From Epithemia pelagica (taxonomy: Eukaryota > Protista > Bacillariophyta), in contig OX337242.1 of assembly GCA_946965045.2 (NCBI GenBank), positions 2,046,001 to 2,110,000 on the forward strand: DNA of 64,000 bases. Reading direction: 5' to 3'. Below the pieces are notes generated by a model that saw only the letters and a list, made by a program, of their open reading frames with translations, did not search any database and was not told where the DNA came from. Made by a program: the position numbers and the translations under genes. Shown piece by piece: positions 1 to 12,300 of this stretch; the first letter of the stretch is position 1, and the number at the start of each line of letters is the position of its first letter.

Positions 1-2
1 AT

Positions 3-212
3 CGAGTTCGGAAACCGATGTGGGACAGTACCCTTCTTCGAAATGTGCTCGAACGCGGACAAGTTCTCGCTGGAACTCGACCGCAGTCACAAAAGGGGTC
101 CACGTCGTCCAAGCAAAGCATGTCGTCTACCCCAGTTACATCACCCGGAGACGATGGATACACCGAAGACAATCGAGGCGGAGTGGGTTCGTCAAGAAAG
201 GTGTCTCTATAG
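3..212 (+). CDS. Possible partial coding exon entering from the left edge, product unknown
   Basis: Stop-free frame from nt 3 (RVRKPMWDSTLLRNVLERGQ...SSRK), possible donor near 201; no recognisable motif. Confidence 0.3.
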   Translation, partial: RVRKPMWDSTLLRNVLERGQVLAGTRPQSQKGSTSSKQSMSSTPVTSPGDDGYTEDNRGGVGSSRKVSL

Positions 213-588
213 CTTTTGAAGCTACAGATATCCCTCTAATTTACTTGTGCGAATACAAGGGCATTATATCGCATCTTGAATTCATCCAGCTACGCCCAAT
301 TGCATCATTGTAGGATAGGGGGACACAAAATTCAAGGTCCCATAGGTTTTGAAGGGTTCCAGATCATAGAAAATGGAAAGATACCATCCGAAACAGAAAT
401 TGAACGTCAACTTGACTGCGAAGCCCTTCGATCCGTCCTGAGGATCAAGAAACAAACGAGAAGTGACCAATAGTTTCTAATGAAACTATTTTAGTCGACA
501 GAGTGGATATAGGCTGCCTCAATGTCTACAGCGCCAACATGAATGATATGATTCGATACGTCTGGATTAAGATTTCTTCTCAACCCGG

Positions 589-3500
589 TCACATTCCGAG
601 ATACGCAAATTCCAACTTCCGAATAGACATGAGAGGCCGTCCTTTTTCTTCCGCGACAATAACGAAGTGTTCATTCAGTTGATCATCTCCCACCAATTCA
701 AACTCGCCGAGACTTGCTTGAAAAAAGTGCCGCGCATCGTACGGATTACTTCCAGTCGCGTGCAAATAGTTGGCATTGGGGAGTAGCTTGCGATACTCTT
801 GGGCTGCTTGCTTCGCCGACGGACATGACGGTGGATATTGCTTGACGATACCCGCTGATATGTACACAGATCCGCTCGACATTCCTCGATAGTAATCGAC
901 GGACACACGATATCGACCGGGGACAAGAGATGACAAATCCCAGCCTATTATCGCATCACTGGTACAGAGTCGAACACGGGGCGGGTCAAAGGCATAGGCA
1001 CAATCTCCGAGCATGAAAGTTGCGGTTGAAGCCTGCATGTTGAGCGGATTTTCCTGAAAAATTGGGTGCAGTATAATGTGTTTGGTCGTTGAGTTATGAT
1101 TTTGGAAGGCAGTTTCCATACTCGCATTGTTGTATATGGAAACTTTATTACGGGTAGAGCCATTGGAATTGGGACTCAAATACGCCAATGCTTTGATTGG
1201 CTGCCTTTGTTCCGCGGCCATCCGAGCGCAATTGAGTAACTTGGCATAGGAAAATCGTCCGTTTTTCTCCATAAACGATCCGTAGGGAATTTCCAAGTGA
1301 GAGCCATCTGATAATGATAGAGCAGAAACATGAAATGGACAATAGGTGAGAACCCATCTTGGATCTTGGATGCACACCGATTCGGTGTGAGAAGCGTTTC
1401 GGTCAGTGGTGTGCGTACGTACCTTGTTTCCCCACAAGAACGGTGGAATCAATGACCCGAAAAATGTGCACCTTGGCGGGGAGGCTCATATCGCTTCGCG
1501 CGGTGGCTATAGCCAACTGTCGGTACAAATCTAAATCGCTGCTCACTTCTTGCATACTCGTCGATGAAGACAGTGAGATGTGAAATAAGGATATATGTTC
1601 AACCGAAGCAATATGAAAGGCTTGTGCGGCAGCTTCGACCAGTTTCCAATAGGAAGCGTTCCCATTTTCATCCAGCAAAAAATCCACATCAAATCGGACA
1701 AGGGCATTGGCTGAGTTTAGTTCAAAAGACAGAATATGGATTGTGAGATTGAATACCTGAAAAGAAATGATAGATTTAATTCACGCGAAAAATATATGCA
1801 ATCAAGCACACTTACGTCGGCGATGGAGAGACAATTCAATTTGTGTTCCTCCAATTCGACTTCTTCGAACACCGCTCGGCATTGTCCCGAATGGTCCAGC
1901 CGATGGGTGATTGGCGCTCAGGTGGTGTTGCGCTTGGGATACTGCTCGTTGTGCGATTTGTGAGGGTGGTTGCGCTCGTACCACCGTGCGACGAACCGTA
2001 GTGGCTCCTCCGGCCGCAGCAGGAACAGTAGTTCCTGTGGTGGAGGGAGCATACCCTTGGACCAATGGAACCGAAGACCGTACTACAGTCGTGGTTGTAC
2101 ATGCAGACGATCGTCTCGCCACGGCTGCACCATTTCGAGGACTGCCCGCCTGCACGACGGGAATTCCCATTATGGAGGGAATATCCGTTCCTCGGGCCGT
2201 GGTGACTCGCCGAGACGTGGGGCCATTGGATGGTGGTTGACTTTGTGGTTGACTTTGTGGCTGACTTGGTGGTGGTGGAGGATTATTGTTGTTGCTCGTG
2301 GTCCCCGTAAAGAGTGAGCCAAACCAATTGCTACCGCTGTTGTTGTTTTGGTTGTTGCTGTTTTGGTATTGGTTTGGATGGTTGCTGCTGTTGGTACTGT
2401 TTGTCACATTATTGTTGACACCCAGTGGTCTTGGATCGGTGGTGGGTCGTCGAGATGACGATCTTCGTGGATCGTATTCTGCTCGGTACCGTTCGGAAGA
2501 GGAGTCCAGTGGGATTCCTGTCACGGTTGTAAACGCGGTGGTTCCATTGGTCGTTCTGGTCACGCGAGACGACGACGACGGCGCAGGTCGTCGCGGTGGT
2601 GGTGGTGGTTGTGTGGTGGATGCTGGTGCTGCTACGGTGCGCCGTTTCGACGATTCGACGGGATTTCCTGCCGTGGTGGTGGTTCCAGTGCTTTTCGTAC
2701 CTCGACATGGCGCCGCAGCTCGTCGAGGAGGAGGAGGAGCTGGTGGTTCCGGCTCGTCTTGCTCTTGTCGTTGTTCGTCACACTGAGTACCCGTATGGGT
2801 CCGTCTCGTACTACTTGTGTTGTGTTGAGGTCTGTGATGAGGATGATGTGGATCCAACTTGTGTAGAATACGAATTTTGAGACAGCCCCGAGGTGGATTT
2901 CTCAGGGCATCGACCAAATCATCATCGTAGGCCAAATCCATCCAATCCCCCTCTTGATCTTGATAGCGGAGTCGGAAATGGGGCAACCGATGAATCATGT
3001 GGGGCGATTGTTGATTGTGGAGCAAGATTTGTTGCCAAAAGCTATGGGCCACCAATTGATGCAAAATGTAGAGCGAGGGTTCGCCGTGATTGTGATCCGG
3101 ATCCCGCAATTGCGACAGGTAAATTTTGCGATAGGTCGGACGATCTGAAAAAGACACAAACACAATATAAAAGGGCGGGTGTTAAACAGCAATATTGAAA
3201 GCGGCGATTTTGGCATGAGTGATCATGATTCATTGTAAAGAACCTATCGACAGTGGAGGAGGAGGAGCGAGAAACGTACCCGATTTCTTGTGGTGGTGAT
3301 GAGGATGATACGGTCGAGAGGATGATCCACTGCTGGCCGAAATTTTGGGAACCTCCAATTTGCAATAGGGAGCATAGAGTTTCCGCATCATATCTTCCAA
3401 TTCCAAAGTCCCTACCGTCCCAACCGAGGATGGAGGAGCCGACACTGTGGGATCTTCCAGTGGTTGCTCTTGGTGCATGGGCTCCTCCTCTGGTGGAAGC

Positions 3501-3952
3501 GGTGCGGCTCGATGGTGCGTAGATACATGTGCGGTTTGCCGTGTGGCGAGCAGTGAGACCGTCTCTGTGGCTGCTGCTGGTTGTGGTTGTTCCTGTGGTT
3601 GTGACTGTTGGTATGGTTGTGACTGTTGGTATGGTTGTTCGTGTGGTTGTGGTTGTTCGTGTGGTTGTGGTTGTGGTTGCTCTTGTGATGGTGATGGTTG
3701 TTTCGGGCGAGACGATCGACGATTGCGATAGGAAATGAGCATGTCGCGCAAGGATCCATCTTCGTCCACCACGCCGTGTTGTGGCTCATTGGATCCATCC
3801 TCGTCGTCCTCCTCGGTACCTCCACTGTCATCCTTGGAGGGACGAGGTCCCAAGACCAATTGTCCTTGTCCATTTCTTCGCACGGCATAGTACTGTCCCG
3901 TCTGCACCATGCTTCCATCGGCGAGACTGCCATAGCTGCAACAAACCACCAT
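589..3952 (-). CDS. Spliced multi-PB1-domain protein with Pro/Gln/Thr-rich linkers and a C-terminal beta-sandwich-like domain (~1021 aa, model)
   Basis: ATG 3952. Exons 3952-3280, 3144-1816, 1710-1423, 1364-589 join in frame (3066 nt) through GT..AG introns (GTACGT 3279, GTAAGT 1815, GTACGT 1422). PB1 acidic OPCA motif YQDQEGDWMDLAYDDDL in exon 2; two further PB1-like units in exons 3-4. The exon 2 to exon 3 join is the least certain. Confidence 0.6.
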
Positions 3953-4108
3953 GGCACTGTCAGTCCGTACGGCGGATCCTCAAGACTGGCTACTGACGGA
4001 GAGGGGGCAACACGTTGTTCTGGCCGAACGAGAGAGTCTGTTTCAATGATGAGTTACGGCTGCGCGATGTGACTTGGCACTTTGACAGGCATCTCACAAC
4101 GGCTAAAA

Positions 4109-4132
4109 CTCTCTCTCTCTCTCTCTCTCTCT
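4109..4132. repeat. (CT)12 microsatellite
   Basis: Read directly from the sequence. Confidence 0.95.
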
Positions 4133-4766
4133 GTTTGCCCCTTGCTCTTGGGGCTCGTTCCAAAACAACAACCATGTCACTCATGTTCTCGCAGGATTGG
4201 CGGATGGGCCCAATTATGGAGCAGCGCCAATTTGCGAGAGTGTTTGGCGATGACATGTCGCCTGGCGCGGCCTCGCAGTTCAGTCGCGTTCGGTGTCATT
4301 GGCAAATATGTGTGGTCCGTTGAAAGTGCGTTTGAGCGTTGTTCATTATGTCTGCTATGTAGAAGTAGTCGTATGAAAAAGGTAAAAGATAAACACGGAT
4401 CGACACGCGACTCAAACGGACGCTGGGACGTAATTGTCTTTGTGTTTGAAAGGTGCGCCATGAACGAGCACCCAACTCGACCCTCGTCTTGTTGTCATCT
4501 CTCTCTCCGGCTTGGATAGCTGCTGTTCCCCCTTCGTGACTCGTTGGCTTGTTTGTCTTCTTTGTAGAAACCTGTGGCTCTTTGGTGGGCACAACTTTGC
4601 ACTCTCTTTACTTCCACATTCCAAACAAGGCGCGCCAAACAGTGGTGGAGAGATCCACCCTTCGGGTTTATTTGAGGAAGTGACGACGAGCAAGAAAATT
4701 GCTTTCTCAAGAGACATTCATTGGAGATTTGTAACAGTACCATACTGGGCGTGTTTTGGAGAGAAC

Positions 4767-6551
4767 ATGCTGTCCCTTGGTTGGTGGTTTCATGTGGCAA
4801 CTTCCTTGACATTTGCCGTTTGGAGCTCGGTGTCGGTGGGCATGAATATATTGGTGCAAGTCTTGTTGATGGGAACCTTGCTCTTTTCGGTGATTTATCG
4901 TTTGGGTTGGTGGCATCGTTTGGTGTGGCATGCTTTGGAGCACGTGGCTCGTCACGCCTTGAATGGGACACCCGTGACGATTGGATCCTTTGCCATGGAT
5001 TGGATGCGTGGGACGCTCCTTCTCAACAATGTCGTGGTCCATGCGCCGCATCGACCGCGCTTTGCCTGGGCCTCACCCGTCTTGGTGCGCGTGGGACGGA
5101 TCCGACTCGAATTCAATCCAATTCACTGTCTGTTTGGTCTCGTGGTCTTGGGCGACCCCGTGCCCGTCCTCGATGTCCATTTACTGCACGTGTCGGATAT
5201 TCAATGTTTTTTGGAACGCAGTGGACATGTCTTTAATGTCTACTTGCTTGATCCCTTTTATGAATTGCCTCCTCAAGAACAGGCGGCCTCCTCGGACACG
5301 AACAACAAGGATGCCTCTCCTACCACTGACAGTCTGGTTTACATGGAACCCGATGCTCAATTGAGTAGTTCATCGATTCGCATGATTGGCGTCGACAATC
5401 CCAACAACAACAACAACAACAAGAGTGGGGAATGGATGGATCCCGAGGATGAAGAAGAAGCAGCCGCCGCTGCCGCGTGGGCCCTCGACGCTTCGGTCGA
5501 ACCATTGACCGAAGGCACTCCCGACGAGGAGGACGAAACGGCGGCCCAAAACGATCGAGCCGAATTGGTGGTGGGTGAAATGCTCAAGGCGGTACACGAT
5601 TTGGGTCGGGCCGTCCAAGAAGGACAATTGCCACAGGCCCTGCAAGAACAACGACAACGGATTGCGCGTGGCCTCAAGGAATTTCACGTGGACAAACGAG
5701 CCATGACCGAAGGTCTGAGTCTGGTGGGGAAGGTGGGACAAATGGTGGCGGAAAAATCGCAACAAGCCGTGGCCCAGTCCAATTTGATTTTGCAAGGACC
5801 AAAACGCCGACCACCCCCACCCAATACACAACAGCAATTGATTTTGGCGCGCTTTGGACGGGTCATTTTGGATGATTTGCGGGTCTTTACCCGAACCACC
5901 GTCGTGGTGGAAGTGGCACAAGAAGAAGAAGAAGAAGACGGAAACGACGAGGAGGAGAATGAGCAAGAGGACGTATTGGTGGCGGGGACGGCCAGCAAAC
6001 CAGAACAAGGTGGCGAACTCACAAGCAATGGAAACAAACTGCTGTTACCACCACCCGAAAAGGACGGATCCGTGGAGGGACCGGGTACGACAACCACCGA
6101 CCCAAACTCCTCCTCGTCCTCCTCACTGCCACTCATGGTTTCCAACAACAACGATGCAAACAACAATAGTAGCAAGAAGAAGACAAAAAAGGCGGGCAAG
6201 AAAATGATCAAACAAAAGCAATCCTTTTGGAACAAACCCATCAAATTGGAACGCGTTGCCGTACGGGCCTCGGAATTTGGAGCACCGCTCTCGGCCAAGG
6301 ATGAACAAGGCTTTCCCGTCTTGTTTCAACCCTTGGAAAAATCTACCGATGCCATTTTGAAACGCGTCGTCGGGGACATTGCCAAATGCAATACCGGAAG
6401 ATTGGTCCGGACGGCCATGGGAGAAGTCCTGGATTTTTACATGGAACGAGAATACTCCTCCTCGTCCAAGGATACCAACGGAAAGGCGGAGGAGACTCCC
6501 GATGCGACAATCTCTACCACGACGACGAAACGGAAACAGGAAAAACGGTGA
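4767..6551 (+). CDS. Membrane-anchored protein with an AsmA-like N-terminal beta region (594 aa)
   Basis: First in-frame ATG 4767 in a 679-codon ORF; two N-terminal hydrophobic helices, then NGTPVTIGSFAMDWMRGTLLLNNVVVHAP...VRVGRIRLEF, a pattern typical of AsmA/DUF748-type N-termini. Product call is inference. Confidence 0.6.
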   Translation: MLSLGWWFHVATSLTFAVWSSVSVGMNILVQVLLMGTLLFSVIYRLGWWHRLVWHALEHVARHALNGTPVTIGSFAMDWMRGTLLLNNVVVHAPHRPRFAWASPVLVRVGRIRLEFNPIHCLFGLVVLGDPVPVLDVHLLHVSDIQCFLERSGHVFNVYLLDPFYELPPQEQAASSDTNNKDASPTTDSLVYMEPDAQLSSSSIRMIGVDNPNNNNNNKSGEWMDPEDEEEAAAAAAWALDASVEPLTEGTPDEEDETAAQNDRAELVVGEMLKAVHDLGRAVQEGQLPQALQEQRQRIARGLKEFHVDKRAMTEGLSLVGKVGQMVAEKSQQAVAQSNLILQGPKRRPPPPNTQQQLILARFGRVILDDLRVFTRTTVVVEVAQEEEEEDGNDEEENEQEDVLVAGTASKPEQGGELTSNGNKLLLPPPEKDGSVEGPGTTTTDPNSSSSSSLPLMVSNNNDANNNSSKKKTKKAGKKMIKQKQSFWNKPIKLERVAVRASEFGAPLSAKDEQGFPVLFQPLEKSTDAILKRVVGDIAKCNTGRLVRTAMGEVLDFYMEREYSSSSKDTNGKAEETPDATISTTTTKRKQEKR

Positions 6552-7595
6552 GAAACACAGCGACAGCTCGTCTTTGGAGGACCGAATCGAGATGGAATCG
6601 CAACTTGAGAATACTCGTACCCCACGATTGGAAGAAGAAGAACGAACGAACGAACGAAAAGTGCTGTTGGGTAGGTAGCTTTTGATGGGCACACGAGTTT
6701 CACACACTAAACGGACACACAGGGAACTGTCTGTTGGCCCACCCGTCAGCAAGAGAACGACTGGATTGCAACGACCCGTGTATCCTTGTGACGTTTGTAC
6801 AGGACTCTCCTGTTATCTGTAGGTAGGGATGAACCCATTCAAACTAAGTCCTACCCTAACAACCTACGTGAAGCAACACCACTTTTTGTATTGATCAATT
6901 ACTTGTACGTAGAGCAGCGCGGCAACTCGCCCTGAAACAAAGACAAGATATCACACATCAAATCTTTCTACCAACACCATGTTACCTGAATTCGAGAAGA
7001 CCTGAAATCAAAGGAAACCTTGTATTGTATGGTTATTGGTAATGCCAGAACGACAATCGATAGTGTGTGATCCATTTCCTGAGGGGCTAATGCATCACAA
7101 GACCACCACACTCTGGATAAAACTCAAAATGATGAATCAATTCATCCCTTCCGTCGCCAAGGAGCTTTGCGTAGTTTGAATAGTTTGAAGTTTGTTTGAT
7201 GTCAACGAATCGAGCTATACTAGATTGGATACATCATCCTCGTTTCAGATTTACTGCTGGTCTTTGTGGGCAAAGACTCTGCTAAAGAGTTTTGTTCCTC
7301 ATCGTACGTTATCATTAACGTGTAATTAAGCAACCAACGAAGCTCACCGAATTCTCCTTAATTCTCCGCTGCATCATCAAATTTCGGCTACAGGGTCCCT
7401 TGAACTGAACAGGCTTGTCGCATGATATCTATGGAGTTGAGAGGTTGACATTGCCTACCGAGCAAGGGTTCCACAATCGGCATCATTCTTATCTCGGAAG
7501 TGCATAGGGCTACCGATACTGAGCAACATACCACAACAAAACAAATTTGTACATGCGTCGCTTGAGTTTGCGCTTTTCTATCCTTGACTGTGCCA

Positions 7596-8735
7596 TTAGG
7601 TCGGTGAAGCTCTCCAAAAGGCTCGGGCTCGTCCGTGCCATGTGGGTGTACGAGCAATACGCAAGGTTTGCCATCGACGAGGTGGCCACACAATGCATTC
7701 CGCCACTCCGACCAAACAATTTTTGGAGACGGGTCCATAGTCGCGGCTATCAATACTGCAGCTCGTCGTCTCATTGTCGGCAGGATTCATTTGATCGCCT
7801 TCCACATGAACCGAGTAGGGTGGTAAGAGTTGCAACCGAGAATGGCCACTACTACTGGCACCCAGTGATTTGGTGTTGTGTCCACCAACGACACGGTGTT
7901 TGGGTACGACTTGCAACCACTGACCGCCCATGGCAATGACTCGTTTAATTTGTAGTTCGTTAAATTCTTGAGGCGATTTGATCACCACCACTTGGCCTGG
8001 CAATACCATGGGTGGTCGAGAATAGAACCAGGGGCGAGGCACGCCGGGTGAATGTTCCAACAACAAGTGTTCGTAATGATCAATTTTGCTCCGCAAAAGT
8101 GCCACTTCGGTTGACGATAAGAACCCTTGAAGTTGTGGATGTTGTTGTTCAGACGAGCGATGAGCTTTCGATGCGTTTGATGAATCCTTGTCTGATGCAC
8201 TGCTAGAACTCTTGTTGTTGTTGTTGTCCTTTTTACTTTCATATGTTGGATCCAGGTCATGTGTTGCTGGGTTGTTCTCATCTTTTCCACCCAATAATCG
8301 AAATACCGAAGCTGGAAGCAAGGCTCCACCATCCGCTTTGCGTACCAACACCCAATCTCCAGCCTGTAGGGTAGGTTCCATGCTTCGTCCATCCACGCGA
8401 ACGACATCGACAAAGCAATCACGAATCCAAATCAGAGTCGGAATACTGGCCAAGACGTAATACGGCCAAGAAGAAGAAGAAGATGACGAAGAAGAAAATC
8501 GATGAAAATGTTGTTGTTGCTGTTGAGGATGCTGATGATGATAATGCTGATATGCACTTTTCGTCGAGGAATACCACCTTCTTTGGACGCCATTTGTCAA
8601 CAACCAAGAAAATCCATCTCCCGATCGTTCCTGATGGAGTCTTGAGAGATCTTTCCTCCACGTATGTCTTGTTTCTGCCCTTGCATCAAACCATGTGACG
8701 AAATGCTGAGGCCGTCGTAGTGATCTTCGAAGCAT
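7596..8735 (-). CDS. IMP2: Mitochondrial inner-membrane peptidase IMP1/IMP2 family (S26), copy 1
   Basis: ATG 8735; Arg/Ser-rich presequence-like N-terminus; GRSMEPTL (catalytic Ser), IKRV (catalytic Lys), VEGD, DSRDYGPV, IVWPP. IMP1 versus IMP2 not certain. Confidence 0.88.
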   Translation of the reverse strand: MLRRSLRRPQHFVTWFDARAETRHTWRKDLSRLHQERSGDGFSWLLTNGVQRRWYSSTKSAYQHYHHQHPQQQQQHFHRFSSSSSSSSSWPYYVLASIPTLIWIRDCFVDVVRVDGRSMEPTLQAGDWVLVRKADGGALLPASVFRLLGGKDENNPATHDLDPTYESKKDNNNNKSSSSASDKDSSNASKAHRSSEQQHPQLQGFLSSTEVALLRSKIDHYEHLLLEHSPGVPRPWFYSRPPMVLPGQVVVIKSPQEFNELQIKRVIAMGGQWLQVVPKHRVVGGHNTKSLGASSSGHSRLQLLPPYSVHVEGDQMNPADNETTSCSIDSRDYGPVSKNCLVGVAECIVWPPRRWQTLRIARTPTWHGRARAFWRASPT

Positions 8736-9321
8736 GGTCCTGTAAAACAACTCCTGTTATGTTCAAGAGGAGAGAGGAGACAACTGGCTTGGATCACGCT
8801 CTCTTCTCGTCATCGTCGTCAATCTTCTACACTCCAGTGATTTGGTATGTAGTTTTCGATAATATTTAATGTGGTATCTATATCCTTACCCCGATAGAGA
8901 TTTTATAGAAAGCGACCTGATAAAACCGGGCCTTAGAAAGATCCATCGTTCTTTTTTCTCTCATTTTTTCAGCGAGTCGCAGTTGCGGAAAAACAAAACG
9001 TTTCGTGTGTTGATGAATGAACAGATCCAAGGAGTGCGCACGATGAAGGATTCCTCTCCGAAAATGAGGACGTGTCGAGGGTTTTCGAGTGAAACATTCC
9101 TGTGGCCATGGAAGCCGGGTTTTGGGGTAATCCGCACTGCAACTCCGAAGAGTGACGGATCGACACTTTCTATTGCACACTCGGTGATATCCATTGTGAG
9201 AAAGAAAATGGAATGACAGGGATTGATTGTGCATAGATCTTTTCTTCGCCAAGAAGGTGTGTCATAAAATTGATGGGATTTGCTTTTTCGGTGATATCCG
9301 CAATAGGAAGAGGACACCGCA

Positions 9322-12300
9322 ATGCCAGTTGACCAAGTCCTCACGGAGCGGCTTCTTGCCGGAATATATGACCTTCCTCATGTTCGCGCTTCGTGTCTAC
9401 AAGATTCTAGTGATTGTAAAGCTTATCGTCAGCTATTCTGGGAAATGCTACGTCCCTTATGGGTAAGTTAGATCAGGAGCAGTGTTGAGTTTCAGTAAAT
9501 ATCCTCCTTACCGTATTCACCCGTGTGCTTCATGTTATCAGGAAGAGAATACCGATAAAGCCTTGGACGTTACCGAGACAGGCGAACCACCGTTGGATTG
9601 GTGTTCTGATGAGGACCTCGAAGCTATCCGTGAATGCAAAACACTTTTGGAGAATGGAACGGATAGTCTTATTAAACGCATCACGTTTTATCCTGAATAT
9701 GGAAGTGCCCTTTGTGTCCTTTCTCCAAACGAAATGGTGGGGGAGGTTTCTATCTTAGTTCTGGGTCTGGACAACCATGAGTTTTATGTGCACCCCAATG
9801 GAGAGAAAGGTCCCGAATGCTACGATCACCTGGCAGTTGCAAAAGACTACAAACCCCTTTTTGTAGGACTCGTCCTTGAGTCTGAACTAAATAATTTCAT
9901 GAAGTTGTTTAAAGAGCTTCTCAGTGAGGCTCAACTGAGAACAGGAAATCAACGATCGGCAAATTTCAATAAACAAGGACATCAAAAAACTCCCGCGTTC
10001 ATTCTCGCCATAGCGAAGCAGGCCTTGCTCAACACCGGAACGTCTGAAGAGCCAAAAGGTGGATTCACGGATAACGGCCTTCACACTGGGGGGAGACCAC
10101 GGAACACATGTTTCCCACTAGTTCGGTCGTTGTTAAACTTTCGTTTGTCCCAAGCTGCTGCTCATCAGGGTGCCGATTCGTTATTTCAACGTCTTGTCAC
10201 TTTCTTTGATCTTCGAGTGGCCGATGAATACTTGAAGATAGGAACAGTCTTGGGTAGCGATGTTGCATATGGATGCAAAAGGATGAACCTTGACAAGGCG
10301 ATGAAAATTCTTGAGACCGCTTCCCGCAAGTTTTCATTCCTTGATGAAGTAATCCTACTTACCGATGGTCTTCTCCAGTATGCGAAACATGTCAAGAGCA
10401 AGATTGAAGAAACCCTGAAGTCTTCTGCGGACTTTGAAAGATCGCGGTTTTCATTGAAACATCTTCAGAACGAAATGAGCCGCGACAAACCCTTTCGAAA
10501 TCCACGAATAAGGGTAGGTGGGAGGCCTTCTCCTCATCCTTCATCTTCTGCTTCAGATATCCGGGAAAACACAAGAAGGAACATAGGACTTCTCCCAATC
10601 TATAGTTGGAAGAGTGGGCTCGATATTCAACGAATGCATGATTGGTGCCTCTCGCCACAGTTTTCGCCATGTACCAGTCTGGTGAACGGGTGGTTGTTGT
10701 TGCGGTAAGACAAGACCAATATTCTTAAAGAAGGAAAATGATGCACTCACCGAAATCTTGCTTCTTTAGGACGGTCGAAGAGTTCTTTTGGAGGTTGGCA
10801 GAACGTGGTATTCACGAAGACAATGCGTTAAATGCAAAAGATGTCTCGCTTGTATTCAAAATTCTTAACCAATACCGCGGAAACGTGCATGTAATGCTAA
10901 CAGAACTTCTTGACGAGAAATTTCCGCGTAAGACTGAAATGTACAGTTGTGAGAAATTGGTGACTTGGATTACATATTGCCTTTCTTTTGCGCAAGTCAA
11001 GGCAACTTATGGCGCCGATTTGAGTGGTGTGGGTGTTTGCTTGAGGTATCAAGACCTCGAACATTCTGTGCTTCCAACACGACGGTTGTGGCGCGTTGTT
11101 CATGTTGTGAAGTGCTTCTTGAAGGGACGATACGTGCGACAAAATGAACTGTTCTCCTTGCGATGTCACGATGCAACCCTCACAATGGGGCAATTCTTTG
11201 CAAAGAAGCATATGAAACATTTGTATGAGGCAGAATCAGAAGCTGCTCAAACTAGGGCACAAAAGTATTGGGCAGAAGTTCAGCGAAAAAAACAATCTTT
11301 GATCTCATTGCGTGAGGAACTTGTATTGCTAGAAAATGATCAACGTAATAAGAGACTTAGGAGTGACAGGGCCGAAGAGGAATATACTGAAGCTGGGCGT
11401 TGTAAACGAAAGCGCCGCGAACGAGACGCACGACGGAAAGACCTGGACAAAGCCAATGACATGGTATCACGTAAGGAAACGGAAATCTCCCGAATGAACG
11501 TTGCACCCGAGCCTATCATGCAGCCGCTACCCCAAGATGCAGGACCAGCATTTCGATGGCTCTTTTTCTTGAACATGCCAGATGATTTGGGAACTTTGGC
11601 AACTCTCAGCTTCACAGGGCAGCAAATGCTCATGCCCAAACGTGTACTTTTGGATTCACAACCGGATGTTTACAAATGCAATGGTCGGTCTTTCATTGAT
11701 CGCGTTTCAAAGAACATTGAACAGGATTCGATTGTTGAATACCATAATGCCAAGAAACAAATAGCCACATACTGTGCGTCGGAGTCCGACCCCTGTACCG
11801 AAAGAGAAGTTCGTCTTCGCACATTTCTCCCCTTCATTTCTTTTCAACCTAGCTTTGCAAAGCGAGTTGACAACATCCAAGAACTGAACGATGGTGTATG
11901 GAGTCCAGATGCTGTCAGTCCTAGGATGGGATGGGACGGTGGCAAGAACGAATGGGATCAATACGGGAAAGAAGTTGACCCATTCAGCCTGGACCGCAAA
12001 GATTCCATCTTGTTTTATACAGAGCTACTCAATGAGCCATCTCTCCAATGGGCAATGAAACAGGACGCAAGTATGGACGAAACTCGCGGGAACTTGGCCC
12101 TTTCTTCGCAGTCCCTCAAACCTGATTGTTTGTCACAGAATGAATATTACCTCTTCTGTAGATTGAGGGCCTTTCCACTACGACAAATAAGGGACATCAT
12201 TGCATGCATAGGAGACCAAAGTCTTCCTCTACCGGACGAAGATGTTCAAAAACTAATTTTTCAAGCCATCTTCCACGTGGGATCTTTGAGTCGAAGCGAC

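Noticed and set aside
8961-9194. 77-aa ORF (MDITECAIESVDPSLFG...) in the divergent promoter
   Set aside because: Frameshifted by 2 nt in unit 2; no recognisable motif.
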